The notes beneath the pieces are model-generated. The model did not search any database. It was not told the DNA's origin and worked only from the letters and a program-made list of their open reading frames with translations. A stretch of 63,527 nt of DNA, counting the filler, from Octopus bimaculoides (Eukaryota): NCBI RefSeq assembly GCF_001194135.2. It is 4 parts of 4 records of this genome, joined end to end, with 100 filler letters (N's around TTAATTAATTAA, not from the genome) between each part and the next. Parts side by side here need not be neighbours in the genome. Positions count along the whole stretch, not along the records: positions 1 to 28,517 come from NC_068983.1; 3 more parts are not named here. One strand, 5' to 3'. The stretch's first letter is position 1. Each line of letters starts with the position of its first letter. Shown here piece by piece: positions 11,911 to 25,620 of this stretch. A program made the translations under genes and the position numbers.

Positions 11911-13870
11911 CATCGGATTCTAGGTCTCTCATTATTTTCTACTGACTGTAGTGTTGGACCTTTTCATAATATATTGTGTCTTCCAATATGGATAGTACTA
12001 AAGTCATATAGTATACCGTGTCCATTAAGACAACTGCACTGCCTTTATCAGCCTCTTTGATTGTCATTGTTTTGTCATCTTTTAATTTGTTCAGCTCAGC
12101 CCATTCTTTTTTTGCTGAAGTTTGGTTTGTGTTTGTATATATTGATATGGGTAATTCGAGATGTGTTCACAGAAATCATCAAGAGTTTTGTTCTTACCTT
12201 TTGAGGGGGTGTAGTTACTTCTATTTCGGACCAACGATTCATCTTCCTTGTATTTGTCGTATAGCTCCTCAGCGAGTCGTAAATTTCTACAGAATTCCGC
12301 GATGTATTTTTTCATTTCATTGTAGTTGGGGCGTCGTGGGTTGGGCGTAAACTTAAGCCCTTTTCAGAGTATATTCATTTGGTTTGCTGTTAGTTCTTTG
12401 AGAGTTTGATTGATAATTTTTATGGCTTTTGGTTCCTCCTGTCTGTTTAGTGCTATCTCGTGTCTGTATTTGCGTATTGGGTCTAAAAAAATGATTGCGG
12501 TGGTTGGGACGGGTAGCTATTATGTAGTTGTTCCTTATTGTTGCTGCATGCTGTGTTGTGATTTATGGTGTGGGTTCTTGGAACGGTATTGAAAAGTGTG
12601 TCCCGATATCCCATGTTCGGATGAGGTGTTTTAGGGGGCCGTCGTTGGTAATTATTGCGTGTGTGCATGGTTATTTAGTAGATTGTTGGATCGAGAATTT
12701 CGTTGGTAACTCTTTGTGGGGGGGGGGGTTGCAATGTCTATCCTGCGGGTAGTGATTTTTCCCTTCCCTGTTTGAAGTTAGGCTACTCCCGATATTGTAT
12801 CGCTGGTGGCTTACAAAGTTAGGGTTAGGTCCTGCATTCTTTTTTTTTNNNNNNNNNNNNNNNNNNNNNNNNNNNNNNNNNNNNNNNNNNNNNNNNNNNN
12901 NNNNNNNNNNTGGCTTCGATTTTTAGACAGGTGTGAATCAGTATTTGATTGTTTTGATTTTCTTATTTTCAGGAAAGGGCTGTTGGAAGCGTGCGCTGAT
13001 TGAAAGATGGTTTCATAGCCTTTCACCTAGCGTTGGAGAGATTTCAGTTCTTCTTTATCACAATACTCTTTCCATAGCTTGGAGATCTTCTCTTGATCGC
13101 GGCCTAGGGTCATTTTGCTATTTTCTTGGTTGATCTCTTCATCGATGGATCTTACTTTACCTTCATTCGTCTGGGCCCTCAATTTTAGAAGTTCTATTTC
13201 TATTTTCATTTTTTCCAGTGCCATTCTTTCCCTGAGTCGTCATTGTAATTCAGGTTCATCCGTAATGGCTTTGATCTGGAGTTTACGTTGGAGAATTAAC
13301 AGTGTCCGTTTGAACTATTTTTTTATACATCCGCTTTGTCGCTATTTTGGATCATCTTCCAAAAGGCGAACATTCTATCCCTGACTGATTTGTTCCATTG
13401 TGGTACTATGTGGTGTTACATTTGGTATATTGTGAGAGTATTGATCCCATATGCTGTCTCGTTTGAAGGTCCTTGGTTTGCGCTGTTAGAGAAAAATATA
13501 ATTGTTTCGCATAAGTTTACAAGCTTTTCGTCGATTTCGGCGGTTGTACTTTTCGTTTCTATTTCCTCATTGTTCTCTCGATTGGGTTCACGAGTCGAGT
13601 CGAATTTGTTCAAAAACTTTAACACATTTATGTTGATTTTCTTGTGGTTTTTCAGTATTTATTCATTTATGGTAGTGATTGTGTCTGTTTTGTAGGCATT
13701 TTCAGTATCACGTGTGGGGTAATGATATGCAGAAGATTAAAAAGGAACACACGAGTTGATATATATGGAAAAAAAGTGAAGGTAGAAAATGCTGAAATAA
13801 TTGTATACAAAACATTTCAGTACCGGTTTCAGTCATTGAGACTTTGTCAACTGTAAGTATGGAAAACAAT
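11910..13870 (-). mobile_element. Penelope-like element (Neptune-like), 5' half; degenerate, with an N gap at 12849-12910
   Basis: NIL*KGLKFTPNP...EFCRNLRLAE...RSNYTPSKGKNKTLDDFC and NFSKKEWAELNKLKDDKTMTIKEADKGSAVVLMD...LEDTIYYEKV are typical PLE pre-RT motifs. Confidence 0.85.
13816..13855 (-). ncRNA. Minimal type I hammerhead ribozyme motif (U3/A8 variant)
   Basis: Minus strand TACAG-TTGACAA-AGTC(TCAAT)GACT-GAAA-CCGG-TA-CTGAA gives stems I, II and a palindromic III, and a GUA triplet; lies at the 5' end of the PLE. Confidence 0.7.
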
Positions 13871-14024
13871 TAAATTTTGGAAAAATTGAAGAAAAGTTTT
13901 TAATGAGAATATTTGCATAGTATTCAAATACAAGGGTCATCTTCCTTCTTTCTGCCTGTCTTTGTCTCTTTTGTTTACTCTTGTGGGTTCGAGGTCGTTG
14001 TGAATTCTTGACAGAAAAGAGAAA

Positions 14025-14100
14025 GAAGAAGAAGAAGAAGAAGAAGAAGAAGAAGAAGAAGAAGAAGAAGAAGAAGAAGAAGAAGAAGAAGAAGAAGAAG
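14025..14100. repeat. (GAA)n microsatellite
   Basis: Directly visible. Confidence 0.95.
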
Positions 14101-14531
14101 AATGTGGGGGTGCCATGACAGTAATAGGATGTTAAATGATCAAGTGCCCTGAAAGTGACATGTTGTGGATGGTAGTAATGATTGAATTCTTGAGACTTCT
14201 CTTTTGAATGTATTGTTTATAATATTTGCGTAGGTGTTATTTTAAACAGTAATAGAAGTAAAGTAAGGAAGGAGGTGGCGGAGAGGAAGAAGATGAAGAA
14301 GAAGGAGAAAGATAAGAGAGATTTATAAGGGAATGCAGGTGGTATGATAGTAGTAGGATATTAAATGGTCAAGTAACCTAAAATTGGCTTCTTGTGAATT
14401 ATAGCAGTGATCGGGACAGTTATTTATATATATATAAATATCATTATTCGATGGTAAATTATACAAATAACTTCGGCACACATAGAGAGACACGTGTATA
14501 CATGCATATATGTATATATATCAAAGTAAAT

Positions 14532-14673
14532 GGAAAACAAATCCAAGGCAGGATGAGTATCTCAGGTGATTTAGAACATTTAATTAGAGTAAGGTGAATC
14601 AAAAATGAAGTATTATTCTAATTAAATTTTATAAATGATCTGAGATACTCGTCCTGCCTTGGTTTTGTTTTCC
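14532..14673. repeat. Imperfect inverted repeat (about 60-bp arms, about 25-nt loop)
   Basis: ggaaaacaaatccaaggcaggatgagtatctcag...atttaattaga pairs with tctaattaaat...ctgagatactcgtcctgccttggttttgttttcc. Confidence 0.85.
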
Positions 14674-16951
14674 TTTTCCTTTAATATACACCTTCTGGCT
14701 CGAAAGCCTACTACGAATCCCTAGCTCCAGTTTCAACTTTAGACTTGAAACCTAACCGATGACCAGTTATAGCACTTACACAACGTACCTATTGCTTTAG
14801 GTTATAAGGAAACTAAACCCGTCATATTCTTTATATATGCATGTATGTATGCGTGTGTGTGTGTGTGTGTGTATGCGCGTGCGTGCTTGTGTTTGTCTGT
14901 GTACAATGTAATTCTATAATTTAACATCGAATATTCTCGTCACGAGAAAAGCATACATTTTCAATATCCTTGTCTCATTTCTTGGTAAACTGTTGTAGCA
15001 CACTAGCGAATGCTTAGTAGCATATGAAAGCATTTATGACCGAATTTTATTAATTTAGCACTTACTTGTCGCCTTTTTCTTGCATAATCGGCAGGATTAA
15101 TTAGTCTTATTCTATCTTTTCATTTAATTTCCTTTTTTTCTGTTTTAGCAATTTTAAATGGTACTATATCAGAAATTTTGAGCTTTTTCAACAAACAATA
15201 AATATTTTAATTATAAACTTGCCGAACGGAAATTATAAACATGTTCTATTTATTGAATATCAGTGATGCGGGATTAGTTTACATATTGACTCGCTTCAGT
15301 TGCACGAGATCAGTTTTATCACCACTGATAATTGAGCGGGAAAAATAAAATCTCGGAATTGTTAAAGAGAAATTTGTATTTTTGTCGGAAACATCACGAG
15401 GTACGTTACATATAGAGCTAAATATTGCATTATATTATTTAGTATATATAAATCGCAATATGTGTATATATAATGATTGACGCATACATTTCCACAATTC
15501 TCAACCGATTTTCTCCAAACTTTAAACACATACTTATGTACCAGGGATAGTCATGCACTATAATATTTCCCCCAAAACTCCCGCGTAAATGGACATCGTT
15601 TTTTGCATGTAGTGTCTTCCATACTTTATAAATCTTTCATTAAGAGTGAAAGGATTTTGTATATCTATTTTACTTCAACTGTCCCACTGCGCGGTCACCC
15701 AGTCAGGAAACAAGGATTTGGAAGCTATCATTTTGTTTTCGTGTAAATAAATGTTTATGCTAATTTAAAAGATTTATCGAAAACATCTTATTTAGCTGTT
15801 ATTCTTGGCACAACACGTGCTTTGTGTCCGGTAATTTTCTTTCATGTAAATAAATGTTTATGTTAATTTAAAAGATTTTCCTAAATTTGTAGTATGTACA
15901 TAGTTTTTTTGTATGTAGGGCCTTCCATACTTCTTAAATCTTTATCGTCATATATAGGCATTAGAGAATATTTTTGATTGTGATTAAATTGACTAGGAAC
16001 ACTGTACCGGATGAATATCCAACACTAAATAATCTTAATCTCCATATTTAAGCTGCATTAACCTTTGGCAAGCTTACCTTTACCGTTACTTGAAAGGTGA
16101 TGTTCCATTTCCTCTCTTCTATTTGTTAAAACCTTTGTTTACCTACCAATGCGTTGATTCATTTTAAGGATGCTTATTTACCCATCCATTATGATATTTC
16201 AACTGTTGTCCATCGTTTGAAATACGTTTTAGCATTGAGGTTCTACCCTTTTCAAAACAATTACATATCATTCGTCCCAAGAACCTTTAAATTACAGCTT
16301 TGCTATCACTAGCGAAACCGAACCGTATCTTTCAGAAATCTCCATACCAATTTGGCTTTATGCGGCATAATGCACAGGGATGTTCTATTACAAAAAAAAA
16401 GCTATTTTGCGGTAGGTAACACTCATGTTTATATTGTTAGCAGTTAGGTAAATAACCGCTATTACCAGCTCCGAGACCACCAGGCTCTTTGATTCCGACC
16501 TTGATTGATCATATTAGTTATGGACACTTGGCCGCTAGTGGTAGTAATGACTCATCTTATCGACAGTTTTATATAGAATGCCTATGCTAGAACAGGCACT
16601 GCTGTCGCGATTACCCAGTTAGCTTGTTAATATATATATATNNNNNNNNNNNNNNNNNNNNNNNNNNNNNNNNNNNNNNNNNNNNNNNNNNNNNNNNNNN
16701 NNNNNNNNNNNNNNNNNNNNNNNNNNNNNNNNNNNNNNNNNNNNNNNNNNNNNNNNNNNNNNNNNNNNNNNNNNNNNNNNNNNNNNNNNNNNNNNNNNNN
16801 NNNNNNNNNNNNNNNNNNNNNNNNNNNNNNNNNNNNNNNNNNNNNNNNNNNNNNNNNNNNNNNNNNNNNNNNNNNNNNNNNNNNNNNNNNNNNNNNNNNN
16901 NNNGAAACTCGGAGTTTTATCATGGCTACCGAGTAATTGTCACGTATTATT

Positions 16952-16988
<37 letters not shown>

Positions 16989-18961
16989 TCCACAGAGGCA
17001 GTATTAATATTTAACCGAACTTAAACGCGTGAATGTTCTAGTAGAACAAATTATACTGCGATAGTTAACATGAGAAAAACTCTCGTATTGGGTTCCTTCG
17101 TCTGATGGATAATACTCGTTACAAATACCCTTGAACAACAGTCATGAATAATTTGGTCGCTTATTGTGTTCAAATATAAATACAAACACGAAAAGAACAA
17201 CGATAATATATTTTAACTGATTATTAGTTTGTTGTTTCTAAAAACAAATAAACTTGTGCCTCACTTTCCGTCTTGTGTTTAGCACTCTGCATTCTTAGAT
17301 CTGTCATTTTTTACGCTTACAGATCGTTGATGGTCGAACTCTGTACCAATGCTATCAAACTCAACATCCTGGGAATGCCTACAAATATTTCTGCTTTCTT
17401 ACACCCAATAATTAATATAAAAATTGTGCTATTATTTTCTTGAATAATGTTTACATCAATTATTATCATCAATATTTTTATAAAACATAATTAACGTAAT
17501 TATGTTATTTAAATACATTTCCATTATAATTATTTTTCGAATTATTTACTAATTATTGTATCATTTGATTAGGCAGCAAACTAGTTTAGATGGAGAAAGT
17601 CACAACTAATCAACAGACCTCTCCGCAATTTGATCGATATCAGATGGATAGAAAGAAACAAATATGACTAAATACATAAAGTGAAGATGCAAATTACTGA
17701 TTCGTAGTATTACCTTTAACACCTTTAATAGTAACTGCTTCCTTAGCTAGACACAAATCTCTCAATAGTAAAGAGACGATGAATGGGCTAAATCAAATAT
17801 ATATTATTTGTAGTTCACACTTTCCAAATTTATACTTACACAATGCTTACAGAGATGTCGAACTATGATTATTGTGATGTCGAACCGTATTTATTACTGT
17901 AATATTTTCAGGCCGCTGCTCCGTTATTTCTGTTAATACTTTGCCCTCTGAACTTCTATCTATCATTTATCAAAAGATCATCCTCACAGCACTGAAAATT
18001 TGAGGTATTTTACTAGATATAATTTTAACAATGATCAACGCCAATACTGCAAATACTGGTTGGATTTCAATACAGAAAATCCTAGATTGCTGGTATATAT
18101 ATATATTATATATATATATATATATATTTGTTTATTCATTTCAATTAAATACCAACACACCTAAGTATCATATCCGTCATTTCATTTACCGAATTGTAAT
18201 CGGAGCATGGTTTTAGAATCGCTGTGGAAAATGCTGTGAATGATTAGTGAATACTGATCTAGGTACTGAACAATCTTTTTTTTTTAATTGCTCATAAAAT
18301 ACAGGGTGCCAATCAATTGTTCTGTTTTAATAGGCTACATTATGAGAGCTGATTTCATAAATGTGGAATAAATTGATCACGTTCTGTTCAGGTTCCCTAT
18401 AGTGTCATTGTCTAGTACACTACCAACACCACCACTGTGGTGACTGTAGATATCCTTGTCGTACACACTGTATTAATCTACCTTGATCTCAAAGATAATC
18501 TGTTTCCAAAACGATCTTAAGCTTCTGATAGAGGTAAGGAAAGCATTTGTTGCAATGAGGTATCATGACTCGATCATTCAACCATTTTGTTTGTGTTAAG
18601 ATTTCCCATAACCCCCAACTAATTCATTTTAGTATCACAGAAAATTGTACGTGAACACGGACTGTTTGTTTTCGAGTATCTTTCAAGAATGCAACTGTAA
18701 CAGTAATTCTTTTTACCTTTTTAAATTCTGCATTATCAATTAGTATAATTTTACCTAACTAGAAGTACTCATCACTGGGTTATTTACAATACATATTAGA
18801 AAACGGTCTGCCATATTCATTTATATTTTAGGGAGAATTCTTGTAACCAGTGAAAATTAGTACTATCAACGATTGCATATATCCACGAGACAATGATATG
18901 TCATACACATCTATGTCCTTAACGTATGTCATACACATATATGTGTATGTTTTACGTATGT

Positions 18962-18993
<32 letters not shown>

Positions 18994-21671
18994 CTTAAAA
19001 AGTTAATAGAACATGTATTCATACAGACGCTAAGAGAGTTAAAGTATGGCCGATCCCAGTAGAATTGTCTACACAGCCAAAGCAGTGTGGAGATGAGCAA
19101 TGAGATATTATGACTCGACCTTTCTTCTTCTTCTTCTTCTTCTTCTTCTTCTTNNNNNNNNNNNNNNNNNNNNNNNNNNNNNNNNNNNNNNNNNNNNNNN
19201 NNNNNNNNNNNNNNNNNNNNNNNNNNNNNNNNNNNNNNNNNNNNNNNNNNNNNNNNNNNNNNNNNNNNNNNNNNNNNNNNNNNNNNNNNNNNNNNNNNNN
19301 NNNNNNNNNNNNNNNNNNNNNNNCAGATATCCCAAAATCCTATGCTTTAAAGTTAAATGATTTTGTCTGCCGACACAACTCATTGATAGACCTCTGATAT
19401 GAACCACAGAAACGTCAATTTGATGCAATGATGCATTACCATTTCAGCCAGGTTTTTGCTGTGATCGATATAACAGCCATTTACGATAAAACGAAATAAA
19501 GAACGTAATTGCTTACAACCAAGCAGTTCATAGTGTAATGACTGTTTTAACCTCCAAAATATTGTAAAGCCATTTAACAAACCGATATATAATTATAGGC
19601 TTTCCGACGCAAAACATTATTGAGTTATAGGTCATTTGTTCTTCAGAAACAAACATAGTTCGTTAAAACGTAGTAAGTACAATCAGAGATCATCTGTGAA
19701 TTATCAAATATATGCAGAGACGGAATGCTGCTGTCTTTATTGCAATTAGCGAATTTGATAAAATCGCAGATTACGGAATCATATATTCTCCATTCTTTCT
19801 AAAATGTTGGATAGATTCCACAGATAGATTCCAGACGTTTGTCAGATGTTGAATACATTCCACAGAGAATATTACAACAAATCACATTATCGGTTTTCAT
19901 TTGGCATTTCTTATCTTTATCTTGTACGACATAACCTAAAATAAAGATCCCTATGATAATATGATTAAACAACAAATTTTGGGTGGAACAACAAATTATT
20001 AAATCTTTAGGAACAAATAACACATGCTAAAACATACCAGATGTGAATTCTTTTATACATGGGCCAATATTTATTAAGGTACGGAGTCACACATACACGT
20101 ACGCGCACGCGTCTGTTTCTGAGAGACAAAAAATCCATGTACTTATCTTTGCTGGCTTTTTATTTTCCCAGATGAACGGATCAGTTTATATGAGGAGGAA
20201 CTGCCTCTTTACGCCGTGAATTGAATGCGGTTAGAGTTTGCAAGAATAAGTACAAGGAGAAAAGCAATTGTGTATCTGTAAATGTTAACATAGCTGGCTG
20301 GGATGTAAATCGCTAGGTCGTGTTTCACCAGGAAAATAATATTCATCAATGTTCATGGACATTACTTCTCCTCCGATAAATATATGAATATAACATTGCG
20401 ATATAACTTACCAGTTGTACATAACAGCAACACATGGATCACTAAGCAAACTTAGTGGCAAGCTACGCCATGAGGGAAATGTCAGTGGTCACAGTGAGGC
20501 AATCTAATCGTTTTGTATATTGTCTAATCTGGACAATCTACTAATTTTCAAACATATTTAATTCAGTTTGAAAGGAAGTTCTGATAATTTTTGCCCTACA
20601 GAGTACTGGGTTCGGATGATAAGGTCACAGTAAGTTTAAAACACTGGAGACAATGTTCAGCACTACACGTCCTCAATACTGTTCTTAGAAAGTCAAGATC
20701 AACCCAAGCAGAAAGCTACGCTTCCATTATTGGATGGAAGTATTTTTAATAAAAGTTTCAAAAATTTCGCTGACTGATACCAGATAAAGCCTTCATGTAA
20801 ATGAAGTTATGAACCAGAATATACGTTGCTTTATTTAAAGGTAAGAGATAGGAAAACCATGATTTGAATAGATGCAGCTGAAAATAAATAATATAACGAT
20901 GCGTGGAAGTAATTACAGAGTCAAAATTCATATATTCTCTAAAAAAGTGGTGGTAAGGATATTAAAGTTAAAGTAAAGTAATTAAATTTGAGGCAACATA
21001 AATCTTACTGCATCACTTAGAAGTATTCATTTGAAAGGAAGCAATTCTAAGAGGATTAATTCAGGGGGAAGATTAAAACCAGTAGCTAATACAAATAGGC
21101 AATAATAATTGTTATAATAACGGTGTTTACCGTTTCACAAGGGAAATAATTAAATGTGGTGACTCAAATATTCAAGGATAAATCTGGATAAATGAATCAA
21201 AGGAAATCCTGGTGAAGTTAATCAAAGATGGGACATTATTTCAAAAAATAGAAATTAATTATATCTAAGGATTGTAATTGAATTCCTAACCCAAAGGCTT
21301 CAGATTTCATGTTGGGCTCCATTTTCATTACATAGATTAAATTAACTGCATTATTAGTGCGTTTATTAAAATTGGAAGGTTGTTGAAGAGGAGTCGCAGC
21401 GTTACACATTGCAACGTTTGTATTTCATATTTTATTTGGTCAAACCCACGGAGATATAAATTAAAATTTTTAGGGCAAAAGCAGTTTACTGTAACAGTCC
21501 TTATGTAAGCACTAAAAGGAGCTACAGACATTGATAACTGCGAAACCTGATAGACAGCCACAATGGACAGATATTGTATTTTTACACGATTTACCATTAG
21601 ATAAAATTTTCTCTAAAGTAACAGCAGTGAATTTTCCTTTTTGCAGTTGAAGTATGTCACAAACATATTCT

Positions 21672-21905
21672 TATTTCGTTATTGCCCACAAGGGGCTAAA
21701 TATAGAGGGGACAAACAAGGACAGACAAAGAGACTAAGTCGATTACATCGACCCCAGTGCGTAACTGGTACTTAATTTATAGACCCCCTAAAGGATGAAA
21801 GGTAAAATCGACCTCTGCGGAATTTGAACTCAGAACGTAATGGCAGACAAAATACTACTAAGCATTTTGCCCGGCGGGGTAACGTTTCTGCCAGCTCGTC
21901 GCCTT
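21672..21905 (-). mobile_element. Full-length SINE family A with 19-bp target-site duplication
   Basis: TATGTCACAAACATATTCT at 21653-21671 and 21909-21927 flanks the copy. Confidence 0.92.
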
Positions 21906-22439
21906 AAATATGTCACAAACATATTCTAACACATCTATACTTTGCTTATGCCAAAACTCTGCTTGGTCTTAATATCACATAAATTTCCACGACCAAGCTG
22001 TCTTCTGTCGCGTATCGGTCAATGTTATTGACTGTTTTATAGTTCAATCTATAACTTTAATAAACTTTGTCCAGAGTTTTCTCGCTTACCTACATCTGTG
22101 CTGCTGAAATCTTTGCTAGTGTGAGACATATTTTTTGTTGGTGAATGTTTGTTAATTGGTATGCTGTTTGTTGGAAAATTGTTAATTTACTTTTGTAAAC
22201 TTTGCACGGTACACGATGAAATTTTTTTTCTACTTTTTTTCATTCGTGATAGAAGGTGTGTTTTTCTACGCTGTTGTCTATAAAGACAACATTGTGTTTA
22301 AAAAAATGGAATTTGATTTAAAATCAAATAAGGATTTCTCCTCAATGGAAGGAAATATTGAAAGAAATGAAAGTGAAAAACCAAGTTTTTCAGCGGCCGT
22401 TTTTCAACGCAAACATTGATGAACTATGAAATAATCATC

Positions 22440-22720
22440 CTCCTGACATATTTAGGAAGGAGAACAGCAAAAATTACGGTAGAGGAAATACCATCTGGGT
22501 ATTGAGGCGTCATGTTTGGCCGCTGCATTTATTTATGACGCCTAAGTGGAAATCACAATACTACAAATGAGACGGAAGGAGGCCGTTAATTTGAAAGGTT
22601 AAGCCCTTTATCTCCGGCCCAGGCTTGCTGTATTTTTTTTCAGATACTATCTGAGGAGCAGGATTGGACTGGAGAGAAGAATCTCTTACGAGGCATATAT
22701 GAGAAAAGATAAAGATGGAA
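22440..22720 (+). mobile_element. LINE ORF1 remnant (third copy of the same family)
   Basis: LGRRTAKITVEEIPSG / IEASCLAAAF resembles the ORF1 segments at about 4500-4560 and about 8060-8150. Confidence 0.5.
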
Positions 22721-24376
22721 GTATATTATAAGGAAGGTGGATGTGACTGTCCCTATTTAATCACATGCCAGAAGGATGTAGTATCTAGTCTTCTGGACCA
22801 CAGTCAGTATTTAAAAAAAATATTTAACTGTATATATAGAAATAATTTTTTAAAATGTCATCTGATAAGCTCACCATAGCACCATTAATTGTTTGTAATG
22901 TCCTGTATTGTCCTATATGTGTATTGAATTTAATATGCATAATGAAGAATCATCTCTTTTGGTATTTCCCATTGATAATAGCTAAGAAGCTAGAAACACC
23001 AGTATCTGGGAACCCTGGTAAATGGCGACACTAGACATAGTGCTTTTACACCTTTTTATTGTAACAGAAATTTTCTCCACGGTAACTTCAGGTGCTGAAG
23101 TATGTCACTAATATACTTTAAGTAATCTAAACTTTGCCTGTATATATATATATATATATACATATATACATATATNNNNNNNNNNNNNNNNNNNNNNNNN
23201 NNNNNNNNNNNNNNNNNNNNNNNNNNNNNNNNNNNNNNNNNNNNNNNNNNNNNNNNNNNNNNNNNNNNNNNNNNNNNNNNNNNNNNNNNNNNNNNNNNNN
23301 NNNNNNNNNNNNNNNNNNNNNNNNNNNNNNNNNNNNNNNNNNNNNNNNNNNNNNNNNNNNNNNNNCAAGACATATAAATAAAGGTAGTCTGGCCGTGGTA
23401 GGAGTTGAGTAGCCGTTGTGTAGCGATTAAGTAGAGACCATCCGACGGTGCTAGATAGCAGTAGCTTCAAACATAACATATATACATATATATATATATA
23501 GGTAAAAATTTAGGAGTGCGTGCGTTACAGAAATAATATTTTCAGGATTAAATAAAAAGACATCAAAAGGAAGTTTTGACAAATCTATATATGAATAGAA
23601 TTTAAAAAAAGATGTGTAGTAAATCGACAACCGAAAATATACTAAATATACAGGCGAACAGAAATCAGAAGGTCACCAACTCCTCATCAGTTGTCGGCAA
23701 GAGATGTCGAACGTATTTTCAGCCATCATCGATAAGATTTCTTCCACTCTGGAGGTACTGGCAAGAAACTTGCCGGGAATGGGACCAAAACATGACGAAA
23801 CGACACTGTTAGTGGACGGAAGAGGGAAGAAACAATAAACAGATTGAAGGGTTAGGGCCAGACGAAGACAATTAATAAAAAATATAATAATACATATACA
23901 ACAAAGAAACCTTGAGGACCGCAAGTTAGACAGAAGTGCGTAACACGAAGGAGAAATTAACACTGTCCTAAAGGACTATTATATATATTTATATATGTAT
24001 GTGTGTATGTGTATATATGAGAACAATTCGGTCTTAGTAGATGCATTACATCTGATCTTCTAGCACATTAACAGTCCAATTGTGGTCTCCTTTATATATA
24101 CATATATATAGAAATAGATAGATACACACACACCTCTGCAGATCATAATCAAGGTAAAAATAATCCCGCAGGAAAAGGGTTGTGCATAAGAAATATGTTG
24201 CTCGATTGTTTAATAATAATCGGCAAAAAAAAAAAAACTAATGATGTGCAAGTACTTGCGAATGCCATTAAAACATTTAAAAACTATTTTACGTGGCCGT
24301 AAAAAGAAACATAACCATTTAATATAATTCTTCTGTGCATATACAGCAATTCTTCTGAGTCATAATATATACTTAC

Positions 24377-24430
24377 TATTATACTATGTCCTTTCAAACG
24401 CAGATGATGTTTGCGTATTGAACTCAGATC
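24377..24430 (-). CDS. Candidate exon of the minus-strand gene (DLSSIRKHHLRLKGHSII), phase 0-0
   Basis: acaacag| acceptor, |gtaagt donor, open frame, phase fits the upstream chain. Confidence 0.4.
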
Positions 24431-25110
24431 CTGTTGTGATATGAGTTTCGGTTGTTCCAAGTAATGTATAAATAGTAAGCATCCGAGTGAACCCAAATTT
24501 CGGAGTCGAATGAGTTCAAGTTAGTTCACTGTGAAGTCGGAAGGTATCGATTGGTTAGTTCACAAGGAATATTGATTGTTAGTTCGTAAATAGATTCGTT
24601 AGTTCGTAAAGAGATTTGTTTGTTCATTACATTGTTTTACTGTCGTCTGGTAATCTTATTTATTGTACGTAAGAAATGAAGTTACAATAGATCCCCATTT
24701 ATTTCAGGATTTTGAGAGGAAATCTTTCCCACATGTTTGGCGCTTATTTGTTGTTGGTTAGCTTTAAGTCTAATTTGAATGAGGAAAATAGTGAGCTAAT
24801 TGTTCTTCAGCTACATCAATTCTGTGTAGGATTATTTAGGACTACATGAACCAGAACTTTATTCCCTAAGACAATTCTATTTGAGCTGAGGTAGATTTCA
24901 CTGTTATTTTAAATGGCCAAACATCATTAGAGATGTATCTTCATTGGCTCATTTTCAAATTTCTAATGATTGCTGGGGAATAGTTCATCAATCTGTCACG
25001 AGCGCCATTCATTAATTTTATTTTCATTTTAAATTAATATTGTTCAGCGCTACTGAAAAATGATGATTGATATTTTGTTCGGTTTTAAAGAAATATGTTG
25101 TCTCTTTAAC

Positions 25111-25209
25111 CAGCATTAGCTTCCGAGAAATATCGTTTGCGTTGCTGCGTCCAACTAAATTATCGAAATTGAATTTTGCTTTCATTTTCCATGGGTCGAT
25201 AGTGGATAT
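25111..25209 (-). CDS. Candidate exon (ISTIDPWKMKAKFNFDNLVGRSNANDISRKLML), phase 0-0
   Basis: ttctaag| acceptor, weak |gttaaa donor, 99 nt open. Confidence 0.25.
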
Positions 25210-25538
25210 CTTAGAACGGATATATAACGAGTAATTCCTCCCTAAAAGTACACGTCTATTTCGTGTGGAATAAAAGGAAATTATTTTTTGAATGTTCTAC
25301 TAAGAAACGTCATCCTCTTCTTCTTTCAACCTTCCTCCTCTTCCTAATTATTATTATCATCGTCATCAAAATCTCTATTTAGTGGTATTAAAATCTGCGT
25401 AACAAAGGTTATGTTGGAACTGCTGTGTTCATATAATATGTACGAAATAAATGCACATACTCACACACGCATGCACTTACGCACGCACACATGCATACAC
25501 ATACATGGATATATATATATATACATATACATACAAAC

Positions 25539-25620
<82 letters not shown>

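Noticed and set aside
15465-16330. Possible Helitron-like repeat with internal 35-bp duplications
   Set aside because: Termini too degenerate to assign.
23600-23960. About 70-codon open frame (EGHQLLISCRQEMSNVFSAIIDKISSTLEV...)
   Set aside because: No splice signals or recognisable domain; probably a decayed retroelement fragment.
10222-24757. Scattered plus-strand exon-like signals (10222-10235, about 18500-18538, 20173, about 20601-20628, about 23069-23100, about 24709-24757)
   Set aside because: Short, only partly phase-consistent, no recognisable product; such signals are common by chance in AT-rich DNA. Not excluded, but unsupported.
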